Shown here: piece by piece, positions 1 through 12,274 of the stretch
How the letters are laid out: the number at the start of each line of letters is the position of its first letter
Position numbering within the stretch: the first letter of the stretch is position 1
Assembly (NCBI GenBank): GCA_010015805.1
Contig: ML978133.1
Coordinates: forward strand, 682,001 to 746,000
Source of the DNA: Rhizodiscina lignyota
Taxonomy: Eukaryota
Direction of reading: 5' to 3'
Length of the DNA stretch: 64,000 bases
The notes under the pieces: model-generated
What the model was told of the DNA's origin: nothing
Databases searched by the model: none
What the model saw: only the letters and a program-made list of their open reading frames with translations
Translations under genes and position numbers: made by a program

Positions 1-316
1 CTTCCACAGAAGATTCGATGATGGCCTGGTGGGGCTAGTACTATTATGGCATGGCGTATCCGTAATGTTGGTAACTTTTGGTGTGGGCATTTGCGCAAGG
101 GAGATCGCGACACCATCTGAAAACACCAAGCCCATTCAATTTGACCATCACACAAACAACAACCTCTCACGCGACGAGGAAACTCAGGAAGCTGCCTGCC
201 ACGCGATGGTCCATCTTCAACATCAATCGACTCGTCGCGACCAACCCTACCTCCTGTAAAGGCCCCAACAATCACCCCTACCGTCGCAAAAGCGCTGCGG
301 CGCGTCGCTCGTCACG

Positions 317-2330
317 ATGGCCGGGCCAAACCCATACAAGCCAAATCCACCACAGGCGTTCATATCCAGCTATGCGCCGCGCATTCGGACGTTCGCCAAT
401 TCTCTCCTCACGCCCGTCATCCCCCCTCCAACAGCCGTACCGGGCGCGCGAACAACGAAGCGTGGCACAACTGCCATAAATTACGCGGAAGATGGCTACG
501 ACGACGACGATTTCGACGATAGCGAAGGTCCCCGACGGCTCACTGGTCTGCGAACTCGGCCACGAGAGGAGCCAAAAGATGACAAGCAGGGCGGTGGAAA
601 AGAGCTTGGAAAGGAACTCACAGCTCCTGTGGATGTACAAGGCATATGGCGAGATTGGATGGGAAAGCCAAGGCGGAGCCAGTAAGTGTTTTTCCATATG
701 TATTCCAATTCCTTTGCGCTGCGGCCACTCTTGATATATGTCAATGTCTGTGCCACTTCATTTTTACGAGACGATTACGAACATCAGGTTTTGTATTAGA
801 ACCGAACGCCAACTTCAGATCCAAAACGCGTTGCCGCTCGTCCTCATCCCAATCCGCATCGACCTGAACGTTCAGCCATTCCGACCAGACCCTCCCCTTC
901 CGACTCCGAACAACTTTCGCGAATTCGGCATCGATGAGACGCTTCCCGCCTACAAGCAACCAGAACAGACTCCTGAATACCGACTCAAGGATGCATTTCT
1001 GTGGAATCTGCACGAGGCACTCATGACACCAGACCAATTCGCGAAAGTATTTGTGGACGAGATGGACTTCCCGTCAGAAAAGAAAGGCGTCTTGGCTATC
1101 ACAGTCGCCGAACAGATACGTCAACAGCTTCAGGAATACGCAGGCGTTGCCATGCATCCCCTGTTCAGCCCACAGAGCAACGTTACAAATGGCGTTACAA
1201 ATGGCGCCGCGGCTGCCAGCGATGGCAATCCAGTAAAAACTACGCAAGCAACACCAACAGTCCTTTCAAGGGATCAGTCATCCACTCCTGCGCCAGCAAC
1301 GAACGGCGTGCCCTCATTTTTTAGCGGTGCTTTCAAATCTGGCACGCAGACTCCTGCACCTGCCACCCCTGCACCTGCCACTTCCGCACCTCCAGTGGAA
1401 CAAATCACTGCAACGGCGCGACCTCTGCCTGAAGAAGATATCCACAATCCTGATGACACATACCGCTGTGTTGTCAATCTCTCCATCAACCTCCTCAACC
1501 GCCTCTACACCGACAAGTTCGAATGGTCCCTACTCCATCCGCCCGGCTTTGCCGAAGCATTTGCAAAACAGACCTGCGCTGACCTTGGTCTAGCCGGCGA
1601 GTGGGTGCCCGCAATGGCGCACGCCATCTACGAAGCTGTCCTCAAGCTGCGGAAAGAAGCATGCGAGAACGGTGGCATCGTCGGCACTGCAGGCGGCGGC
1701 GTGGGCGGCGAGGTCGACAACGATGCAGCGGAAGGTGCGGAAGCGGGCTGGCGATACGAGCCGGAGCACCTCGGCGACGAGTGGGAGCCCAAGGTCGAGA
1801 TATTGTCGAAAGAGGAGATCGAGAAGCGCGAGGGCGACCGCGAGCGCCAGATTCGCAGACTTCGGCGCGAGACGGCGCGCTTCTCTAGCACGGCGAATAT
1901 TGGTGGTGGTCCGCCGGTGCAGATCCAGAACGAGTATCCGGATGGTGAGCAGCCGATGGGCAGAGGTGAGAGGAGCAAGAAGAAGAGGCGCTTCAGGAGT
2001 CTCAGTCCGCTTGGCAGGGAGACGCCGGATGTAGGCGCGGGATATGGTGGTGGTACGGGCACGCTGGGCGACTGGGAGAGGCAGAATTGGAGGTGTTCTC
2101 ATTGTAAGGTCTGGGGCTTGGCGGTTTGGATGGTGCGGGATGGACCATTGGGACCGAGGGTGAGTCGTTCCTCTTCCACTAATTCAACTTGTTCGGCAAG
2201 CGCTCTGACTGCTCTCGTGCAGACTCTGTGTCAAAACTGTGGATACATCTACGAGCGCGACAAGCAACTACCAGCGTGGAACGAGAACCTGTTCGCGACT
2301 GAGAAGGTCTACTATTCTGCCACGAGGTAG
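317..2330 (+). CDS. SFH1: RSC chromatin-remodelling subunit Sfh1 (SNF5 family) with C-terminal CxxC..CxxC GATA-like finger; introns about 682-799 and 2160-2222
   Basis: N-terminal PQAFISSYAPRIR..RTTKRGTTAINYAED; SNF5 repeats LIPIRIDL / LKDAFLWNLHE / DKFEWSL..FAKQTCADLGL; EIEKREGDRERQIRRLRRET. Intron GTAAGT(682)..TAG(799) joins the two ORFs in frame. Confidence 0.92.
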
Positions 2331-3200
2331 ATGTTCGTTTCGGTGCAGCACGATTTTGGTTGCGTCTTGTTTCTTTTTGGGTTTGAGCATGGGCTAGTAA
2401 CCCTCACAGAGGATCTTGGGGTCTAGCAGGAATACGTCCTGCTATCAGCATTCAGCGTGGCGTTTAATGGTTGGTCTGCAAGTTGTGCAAAAATAGACCT
2501 GTATTGTAACAGTTAGTCAAAAGCCGTGTGCAATGGCATCGTAATGTTCACTCTTTTGCGAGATTCTAATCATAAGGGTTATGCCTTCGTACCCAACTTC
2601 ATGTTATGCTCGAATGAAGGTAGGTAAGCCATACCTTAGTGGGCTTTAGCATACATACGGCGAAAGTTTGGTAGAAGATTATTGGCACGACTTTAGTAGA
2701 CTTCCACGCCTAGTGCGAATTAGGTAGAAGCTATAGCTCCATACGACATACGTATAAGCTATCTGCTGAAGATGTGCCACGCCTACATATGAGATGAGTG
2801 AATCGAGATCCTTAGATCGTTGTCTCGAATCATGTCTCACCCCTTCTCTTAGCTCCGTGGAGACATCTCCAGTACGGGCTACATCTCACCCAGATTGTCT
2901 CCGAGACGTTTTGGACTATGTCTTACAGCTTCTCGACACTGTGGACTGTCTAACAAAACCAACATTCGAAGGATTCGGAGCTTTGTTGCGGGGTCTCCAC
3001 CGGTGACGCAACACGAGGATGGGTGTAGCTCGAAATCCTGCTTCAATTGGAATCCTTCAGTTTTCTATCTAAATTAAATCCCCGAGAACAATTAGTCGTG
3101 TACGAGCTGATACATCTTCGCCGTCTCTTATCGGTGCTCCGTCTCATACATCCGTCTTCTCTCCAGTCGCTAACCGGCTTCATACCTTCATCAATTCATC

Positions 3201-4252
3201 ATGCAGAAACTCCGTTCCGCTCTTAATATGGGGTCCTCCAAAACTCCCACGTTTTCTCCCGCCAATCCTCTTCTCGATGGCTCAACTGATCCCAATCCTC
3301 CCACGTCGCTCCCAAAGATGGCCATCACCCAGGAGCGTGTCGTCGGCCATCCCGCGAATGAGATGCTTGATCGGGCAAGTATTAAGTTCGAGGGCCAAAA
3401 CTCGTTCCGTGTTCTGGATAATGCCTGCGGAACTGGTATCGTGACCGCGTTGCTCAAAGCACGCGCTAGAAGCAGTAGTGCTGGGCAGCTTGACATCGTC
3501 GCCTCGGACATTGACGAAAAGGTGCTGGACCTTTTGCGGAAGCGCATCGAAGAGTGTGGCTGGCAAGGCGTCGAAGTGATGAACTTTGATCAAGCAGTGA
3601 GTCGCTCACTCCTTGCTGAAGTTGTCTGTTGTGTCTGACCTGCCAGCAGTCCATTCCTCTGCCGGACGAATCTTTCACTCATGTCTTTACAAACTTTGGC
3701 ATCTTCTTCTCTCAGCAAGACGATAAGGTTCTCGAAGGTATGAGATCAAGCCTGTGCAGGAGTTGCGCTTCTTACGTAGAGTCTGTGGAAAATGCTGATC
3801 TGTCTTTTACAGGCGTCCACCGCATCTTGAAGCCCGGCGGTGTAGCCGGTTTCACGTCTTGGAAGGCGATAACTTGGTGGCATGTCCCAACTACCGCACT
3901 GAAAGAATATGTACCGGATGCTCCAGCTCTCGGAGATCCAACGACACAGTTTCCATCGCAATGGCACGATGAAAGCTACGCGGTAAAGAAGATGCAGGAC
4001 GCCGGCTTCTCAGACGTTAAATCCGAGGTATACAAGTACAAACTGGATCCCCAATTAGCTCCGGAAGACTTTGCACAGGCCATGGCAATGTTGGCTAAGA
4101 TGGTCGCCATGAGGCGGTGGTCCAAAGACGACTTTGCGAAATACGCACCAAGCATTGACGAAGCAATATTGAATGTCCTGAAGAAAGAGTATCCGCATGG
4201 ACAGTGGGATCAACATATGGAAGCGATCATCACTATTGGGCAAAAATCGTAA
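3201..4252 (+). CDS. Class I SAM-dependent methyltransferase; introns about 3597-3649 and 3738-3812
   Basis: Motif I VLDNACGTG, motif ASDID, LPDESFTHVFTNFG, VHRILKPGG. GT-AG introns join ORFs 3201..3638 and 3629..4252. The start codon is uncertain (several Mets). Confidence 0.85.
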
Positions 4253-4972
4253 GGGTGGAAGGTACATTGCTGCGTAATCATGAATTCTCCTCGTCACATT
4301 TAGAATTTCAATGCGTTCAAACTTCACTCATTAGTGTAGTACCGTAATAAGAGTACCATTGATTATTTATCAGGTTAAATTAAATATGAACGCCTTTTCG
4401 AAGCTCCAAGTCAAGCTTGAGGCGTCTTCCAGTATACTTGTTGTTACTGAATGATCTTCGATAGCGGCACCATCGGTTTCGCTAGTAATAAGCATAATAT
4501 CATTGTCCAGCTTGCCTTAAAATATTCATGATCGTGCCCAGTGGGATTCCCATGCCCATCAACCCCAAACAAAGCCCTGGTACACTCAAACAGCTAGGAG
4601 GTAGATTGCTTGGACTTGCTGCAGCTCCAGCAATGCATCTGGATCGAGAGTAGACAGAAGACCCATGAATGAATATTTTTGAAGATGTATAGAGGTAATG
4701 CCATTTTATAGCGTATCAGTCACTATTACACCCATAAACCTCCGCACAATACTCCCATAAAGTCAACACGTCCAATTTGATGCCTCTGTGAGCGCCCCTT
4801 CTAAATGCGGTTAGGCCATCACCATCTGCACGTGCTTGTGCGGGCCGAGCCGAGATCTGCGCGTCAATGTTATTTTGTCTCCGAACTATAAAAACACCCC
4901 TCCTCCTCCGCGATCAACCCAACTTCTTCCTTTTCAGAGGTCGTGCACTAAACGGAACTTGTCGCCGCGACG

Positions 4973-5920
4973 ATGAGTTCCCCAGGCAGTTCCCCAAGGT
5001 ACTTAACCTCCCAACTTCACGCAGAAGAAAGTCCTATAACAGTAGTTTTACAGCGCGGCGCTTCAAGGCCCTCCGGACCGCTTCACTTCTCTCCCAACCG
5101 AAATCATCAACGAGATCCTCTCCTACCTTATCCACAAGCTCAGTGGCAGACCCGATATCAGCAGCGGAGCAGCCTATCGTAACTACTTGAATCTCTATCA
5201 CGACCGGCTCGGAGATCCGCCTCACCCGTTTCTTCAGCTGGCAAAGACGTGCCGACAACTACGTGCCGTCGTAGATGACTACGCAAGGTCTCTTCTCATA
5301 CAGTACTCGGCGGCTACGAGGTTCATTATTGAGCGCCGTTTCGAGTCCCCGGTCACTCATCGAGGATTGTGGGTAAAGTTCGCAAGGAACAAGTGCATGT
5401 GGTGCGGCAGGAAAACACGAAGGCACGCATTATTCGTGAATATTGCGAACTGCTGCGCGCCGTGCGACAGGAATAAATGGCCAGAAAAGATCGTAAGTTC
5501 TTATCCCCTATAAACCAACATATAAACCACGTTCAGTAATACACAGGCTTGTAACAAAAGAGACAGACCAAAACCTTCGCCTTGAAAACGTACAAGGTCA
5601 CTGAAACAGAGCTGATCCTGCCTGAGCTTCTATATCCAGGTTGCGGTCTCAAGCAGCTCCCTTATGCCATCTACGCCTGCGCTGGCGTGGACACGACTCT
5701 GTTCCTGAAGCACCAAGTCGAGGAGCGAGCTCAGGTTATTTGGGGCGAATGGTACAAGGCAGGCAGGCTGAACAAGAACCGGAAGCCACCTGGTGTCGAT
5801 TCTGGTATCAAGACTGATGCTAGGCGCGAGAAGAGCGAGAAGAGCGAGAAGAGCGAGAAGAGTGAGAAGAATGTGAAAAGGTCTGACGGCTCAGCGGTCG
5901 AGGTGATTGAAATTGACTGA
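4973..5920 (+). CDS. F-box protein with Cys-rich C-terminal region; introns 4999-5053 and 5493-5566
   Basis: Spliced frame reads DRFTSLPTEIINEILSYL (F-box), HPFLQLAKTCRQLR, then CMWC..CCAPCD and TKTFALKTYKV. Both introns restore the frame. Confidence 0.75.
5828..5872 (+). repeat. Coding 9-bp tandem repeat (GAGAAGAGC)n encoding EKS repeats
   Basis: Five adjacent units: gagaagagc x3, gagaagagt, gagaagaat. Confidence 0.9.
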
Positions 5921-6625
5921 ATGAATGACTTCGAGCGTATAGACATGCATATTTGCACAACTGGGGCTGCTGGGGCTTGCATAATCCCCGAATGGATCGG
6001 TAGTCCTCTGTTTATGATAGAAATTCTATGCCTGCCTACCTCCCCAAATGGGTGCCAAAATAGTTGAGTCGTGAGTGCAGCATATCAAGCCGCGGGTATG
6101 TATATCCTCGTTGATTAATATAGGTTATGCACACTGAAGGTGCGTCTTTTCGATAAATGCGCTCCGGTGTACACTAATCGAGCTTTCGGGGATGTTCTCA
6201 CTCGTGCTGAAAAACAAAACTTGGTCGTGCTGCAGCCGTTCAGTTAATCGAGGGTAGCTATTTTGGTACCTGCATGCCTCTGTTGGGGGATTGGGGGAGA
6301 CATAAAAGTTGATCACACATAGAAGTTCACTACAGTCTCTATTACCAATAAAGCGGACAAATTTTACAGTTCTATGATACTGTGAAATACATCCTAAAGA
6401 GAGTAGAACAAGGCTCTCAGAGCTACTATCGGTATCACTATCTTTGAAGTACAAGAACTGCTCGTCTTTAGATGTTATATCTTTCCCGGGGAGCTGTTCC
6501 TACTTAGGGGCGTTACAGCTTAACCGGTAGCCATCAATTTTATCACCCTCGAGGTTGGCACAATATCTTGAATGAACCAGTAGTCCTAAGACTCTTCATG
6601 CTATTAATATTATTTCTATGACCAT

Positions 6626-9600
6626 CTACCTGCCTCCCCTACCATCCTCATCAAAGACGGCCTGAATAATCTCATCCAGCAGCGTGAAGACCAAATGCAC
6701 ATTCAACCTCCTATTATTCAGCACCGCAAGCATCCTCCTGCTCGCCGCGCTCGCATTCGCCCTCCCCACCACGCTGCCAGCCACTTCAGGCACTAAGGTC
6801 GCAAGCGCCAGACTAGCTTCTTTCCTGCTCTTGTCTTTCTCCTGCTGCGTTCTCGGTTTTCCTGCTTCCCTTAGCTTCCCGCCAGGCCACATGATGTCCT
6901 TCACCAGATCCAGATATTTGACTATCGCATCATCCGATAAATGCTGCTTCGCCAAGTCGCGCACCTTGCGCTCCACCGTGCCGCCGAGCAGCTGGTGCAG
7001 GACCACGACGACGGCGCGGCCGCGCAGCCAGTTGGCGTCGCGGTTGAGCTCGAATGCTTCGAGGAACAGGTCGCAGATCGGCTTGACGAAGGGCTCCAAC
7101 TCTTTCGATTCAAAGGCGCGAAGCTCAGCCTCTGCTTCAGCTGCGGCGGTTAGATCCCCAGCGAAGGCACTGTTGGATGTTGCCGCGGAGCCTGTGTGAA
7201 TTGGAGATGTGAGAGAAGCAGGTGCATTATTGAGCTGCGTAGTTGCCGCTGAGATCAAGTTTTGACCAGCCAGCGAGAGCTGATCGAGCACGGGGATGTT
7301 CCCAAGAAATTCTTCCATTCCGTCTGTCACGGAGTTGTAAATACGGGTGACAAAGTCGCGAGTGTCGACCTGAGTGTTGCCGTCCTTTCTAATTGTAGTG
7401 ATCGCTTGCTGAGAAAGGAACGCTCTCAATTCTCGAGATCGGCAGATGGCCGGCACTCGCAGTAGTTCCTGAGGTTCATGTGAGCAGGTGCTCTTTGACT
7501 CTGCTTGTAGATTGATGACTTACTCGCAAATATCGCTCAAGAGCCAACCGCCTCTTTTGCAGAAAGTCCTTCTGCAGCTTCAAGACAACCTGACGACGTG
7601 GAAAGTCCATGTTGCGGACAATCGGATATCGTGCGCGCAATCGCTTATTGAGTTCGTGAAACTCGCTGTAGCGCCTTGCAACAACCCACGCTGCTGCAGG
7701 CATCTGCTCACCAGCTTCTCTGCGTACCTCAACGACATCTACACATTGTCAGTTTCAGAATGGGAAACGGCAGACTCGTACATACACATGGCGAATTCCT
7801 TCCCATCTTCTTCCTGTCCAACCATGATACGTTGAATGGAAATTGACGCGCGCCCGTACAAGCTGTTATCGCTCTCCTGGACGATGTACTGCTGTCTTTG
7901 CAACTCTTTCCGGTTAATTTCTCGTTGCAAGCTCGCTTTGGACTTCCTCAATATCTTAAGTTCCGCGGCATTGTTGGTGAGTTCAGCCTTGTTCGTCAAA
8001 GAGTCGACGATGGATTCCTGGGTGACAAGCTTCTCAATGTCCATTGTCAACGCATCGATTGCCTCAGCGAGACCCAGATCGCCGGGGGCGGCCTCATGAA
8101 TGGCATCTTCGTCCGACTTGTCGTTGACGTCGGAATCATCCCTTTCATCTTCCCAGAGCTTCTCGTTTTCGCCGAAAAGATCATCATCAAAAACACCCCT
8201 TCTTCCGGGCGCTCCGATAAGTCCAAGAGACGCGATTGTCGGCCGCTCTTTGTTTCCGCTCAGTGCGCTTAGTGCTGGTGAATTTGCTCGTGGAAGCTCC
8301 ATAGATCCCGCCATCGAATCGTTGTCATGAGGTGATCGGATGCTCGAATCGGAGAATAGGGAGTTTTTATCGGGCTGCTCGTCCATGATGTCGTTCAGTG
8401 CCGCCTGCATTGCGTCGACGACTTTATGATCATTCTCAAGTGACCTTCGAGGTTGTGTATCGACATCTGAATCAATGCTCTGGGTTGAACGGGCTAAAGG
8501 TTCCGTATCATAATCATCATCGTCAAACAATGGCTTCCGCTGTCCACCGCCATCGTCAAGCGACCGTCTAGGTGGAGATTCAGCTCCAGAGCGTGAGAAG
8601 GACTTAAGGTCTGATGATGAAACTACGGCCCTGCGCAAGTCTGGCTCTTTTGCGGGCTTGAGGCTGCTTGTGGAAAGCCTCGGAAGTCTCGGTGGTCGCT
8701 TTGGCTCTGCAGGTGAGAGCTCTGAACCGTTTGTCTTCGGGGAAGATGGACTGATTGCTGTCGCCGCAGCGGCCGCGGCTTCGTCTGATGCAAGCCACTT
8801 GTAGTAAAGATCTGATTTCTTGAAATTCACAAAATACGGGTCTTGCATCTCTTCATAAGTGGCAGTCTGTGTCTTTAATATAGCTCGTCTCGCTGCATGA
8901 TACTGCTGGATGCTCGCGCTGTTCCCAGCTTCGAGAAAGGAGCGAACAGCTGCCTTTGCTTCCGGAGACGCCTTCACTTCCGGCAAGGACAGGTACGCCT
9001 GGTTTATTGATGCCAGATCCGATCTATCAGACTCGGTCCAGGAGGTGGAGTAGTCCCCAGCATCGTCAGCATCGAGCGGGTTCCTGATGCCGTCGACAAC
9101 GATCCAAAATTGGACGAGACGCATCAAGCCCTGTCGATCCATGTATTCCATGAAACACGACAGTCCGCTCGCGCTATATAACATGTCTCTTAGTGAAGCA
9201 GTCTCCCAATGAGAGGCCGATGCAATGTTCCCGCCTTGTCCGTTCGCAATGCGCTGCGTTTTACGCGAACCTGTGGTAGCCAGGGTCGCAATCTTCTGAT
9301 CAAGCAAGCGCTTTCCTGTTTCTAGACGACGCAGATACAATGCATCCTGACCTTCAATGGCTGATTCTCGCCTCAATTGGGCTGCTACTTCGCTCCGAAA
9401 TCGGCGCGCATCTGAAAGCGCGTTACACCGTCGAACCGATCTGATGAAACGCTCGAACCTGCGTTCGTTGTCGCCGGGTGAAAGTTTTGGAAATCGAATA
9501 TTTGTGCTTGGTTGAGACAAATCCGGAGCATGCTCATCAAGCGCAGCGCGCAGTTTCTTCACCGTCTTTCGTTCCTGCAGCAAGGAACGGCCATATGCTT

Positions 9601-10450
9601 CGATTTGTTGGTTCCAGAAATCAGGATCCGTTAGCATGTCAACTATTGGGTAAAGTACAGCACATGCCACTAGCTCTTTGATCAAGACGTTCACTGCAGC
9701 ACTCTTCGTCATCTGCTCCGGCAAGACCTTTGGCAACAACCTCGTGACAATGCCTCGGAGGTGTTGCTGTTGGATGAGTCTGGTATTGGAGAAGGTCAAG
9801 GACGCGGCTGCGTGCAGGTTCCCTTCACGATATTTCGCAGCAATTGCAAGATTCAATTCCTCCGACTCTGTGACGCTGCGCGAAAGCTTCCTCCCACGCA
9901 CGGCGCGCTCAGCTTCGTCAAAATCATGGAGATGTGTCGTTATGATCGGAATAAATTTTGAGGTGGCAAGCTCCACAATGTCCAATTGCGACACGCGGGC
10001 AATGATGTCCGACAGCACGGCGCGAATGGCTTTGTCAACCTCGTTCTGAAAATACAGCTTCTTGCTGATGTGTCCATGCCAACTTGTGACAAAATCTCTG
10101 ATGACAAAATCCAGCAGGCCATCAGCGCTCTTGGATATCTCTTTTGATTGTGGATAGACGGGAAACTTCTTGTACGCCACTCTCTTCTTCAGCCGATCCC
10201 TTTCCAGCGTCCATGCCTGCGGTTGTGCAAACAGTGTCCCATTACGTCTCTGGTCTTCTCCTCCCCTTCCATGACTGATGCCATTCGATGTGTATAGTAT
10301 AACCCAAGCAATAAGGCCAATTGTGGATGCGACACCTGCGACAAAGGCCCATGGAAGATAGAGGAGTCGTGGAAAGAAGTCGGTGATATATCCCCAGGCA
10401 ATAAATGCGACGGCAGCAGCGATGATCAGCTGTCGGAGTGTGAGTTCCAT
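6626..10450 (-). CDS. MDM1: Mdm1/SNX13-14-like ER-vacuole tether (2 TM, PXA, RGS, PX, PXC); two short introns near 7470-7790
   Basis: Two N-terminal hydrophobic helices; PXA (LLDFVIRDFVTSW); RGS (FMEYMDRQ..LVQFW..FKKSDLY); PX (WVVARRYSEFHELNKRLR..FP..RRLALERYLR); PXC (PICDLFLEAFEL..WLRGRA..LLGGTVER). Confidence 0.92.
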
Positions 10451-11614
10451 AGTACGGGACAGGCCCGCTGGTTGCGCGCGACGCGCATGCTTATCGAGAA
10501 GGTGGTGGTGGTCGCATTGCTGGCAGATTTGTTTAACGATTGAGGTTGGAGTGGGATGTCGATCTGCCGAGCTTATGTAACCCTAACCCTGATATCAGAA
10601 TCGGCATACCTCTTTCCAAACACAAAGAGAAGTGTCTATGTAAACTGCATGTATTGAATTTAAGATCACAGCTTTGCTGGGAGCTATGAGTCGGTGGTGG
10701 TTGAATTCGACGATATCGTTCTTGCATGACGTTGCTCTGGACTGTGGAAAATGCATTCTATTTTTGGTAGGAGCTTAAACCAACCTTCGCATGTGGATCT
10801 TGACGAGATACAGAAATCTTTCAAGAGCATTACACTAGACTTTCTCCATGATTTCTGAGCGTCAATACTATCTACGGGAAAACTTCTACGTGCTCTTTGA
10901 TCTTAGGCCCGGAGGATAAGTTTAAGCATCGTTGGAAGCTCGTCCTGATATTTACTCCACCCTTTACACATATGCTACGATACACGAGAGCGAATAGGCC
11001 CCATTTGCTTCCTTATGATAGTACCACCGCTCTTCAGTCTTCCTGTTCAGTATGGCATCTCAAAGAATACAAGTCTCCAAAAAAAGATTTCTGTTGCCTT
11101 GTGCTGTGTCGCACTGCCACAAATCCTCCAGGAGTGATAGGATAAGTGTCAATAAATACACGAGCATACTCCATCAAGTTCAAACATGAGGCCGGAGAAC
11201 GTGATTTGAATGGCTCTACTTTTTGTACTCCTCATTTGTGTCTTTCTCATCTTCAGGACCAAAATGCTACAACAGCTTCTCCAATTTATTAGGTACGTGG
11301 ATTTGAAGTTACACGGCAAGAAGAAAGACTGTGAACAGCGGACCTTAAACGTATGGATTTCCCGAATGCATGATATGGTTCTACTTCTTTCAGTTCTACA
11401 AGGATGAACAAAAGAATCATGTCACAGTTACACCGTATTATTGATCGTCCAAAGCAATTCAGAGGTGGTATTCTTCAGGCACGGCGGTACATAGCGGGAG
11501 CTATCTCTCGCTAGAAGAGGCTTGGTTTTTCTACCCCTCTATCTGCAACTTCAACCATCAACTTCCCACCACTCACAATGATATCCCTATCAGAATCGCA
11601 CACCTAGACTGATA

Positions 11615-12274
11615 ATGGGCAATCTTTGCAGCAAAGATAGTCCCAAGAAATCCGACAACTTCGCCAGCCCCGGTCGAGTGCTAGGCTCCGCGCCCTCCCG
11701 CCCGGAGAACGCGAAGGCCGCAATCCCCGCCGCAGCGTCTGGAGCTACGCAACCACCTCCACAACAACCTGCAAATGCAGGCTCAGGACGCACACTAGGA
11801 GGAGGAGACGGTGCCGACGATGCAAAAGCAGCAGCAGCGAGGGCTGCGGAGGTGAGTTTCCACAGTCTACGTCACCAGCGCAAGCGGTCTATCCCTTCCA
11901 CTTCCAACACCTCGTCAAACGCCCGGCCGTATCATATTCATACCTACTTCGTCTCCCCCTCGTCTATTTTCCTCCTACCAAATAAACTTGCTCAGAGCCG
12001 CGCACGTCCTATGACGGCCACTGCCTGGCTCTAGCGCTTCCACGCCTATCCGGAGGAAGACAGCAGCAGCAGCAGTAGTTGATTCGAAAATGCCGCAATT
12101 TAGGATCGTCTGAACAAAGGCCGAGGCAGCGCGACGCCGGCCGGAAACAAGCTGCAAGCGCAGCTCGACGCGCAGAAGAAGCAGACGATGAACGACGCCC
12201 TGCGCCAGGGCGCGGCGGAGAATCAGGCCGCCAGGGACGCGGATGCCTCGGCGGAAGCCAGACAGTGGAATTAA
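11615..12274 (+). CDS. Small N-acylated protein, SVIP-like; intron 11852-12102
   Basis: MGNLCS (myristoyl Gly plus palmitoylatable Cys), two GRxLG repeats, AAARAAE. The spliced exon 2 reads DRLNKG..KLQAQLDAQKKQT..EARQWN*. The family label is inferred. Confidence 0.7.

Noticed and set aside
2080..2270. GATA-like zinc finger fused to Sfh1
   Set aside because: To my knowledge this is a common architecture in filamentous-fungal Sfh1, so it is not novel.
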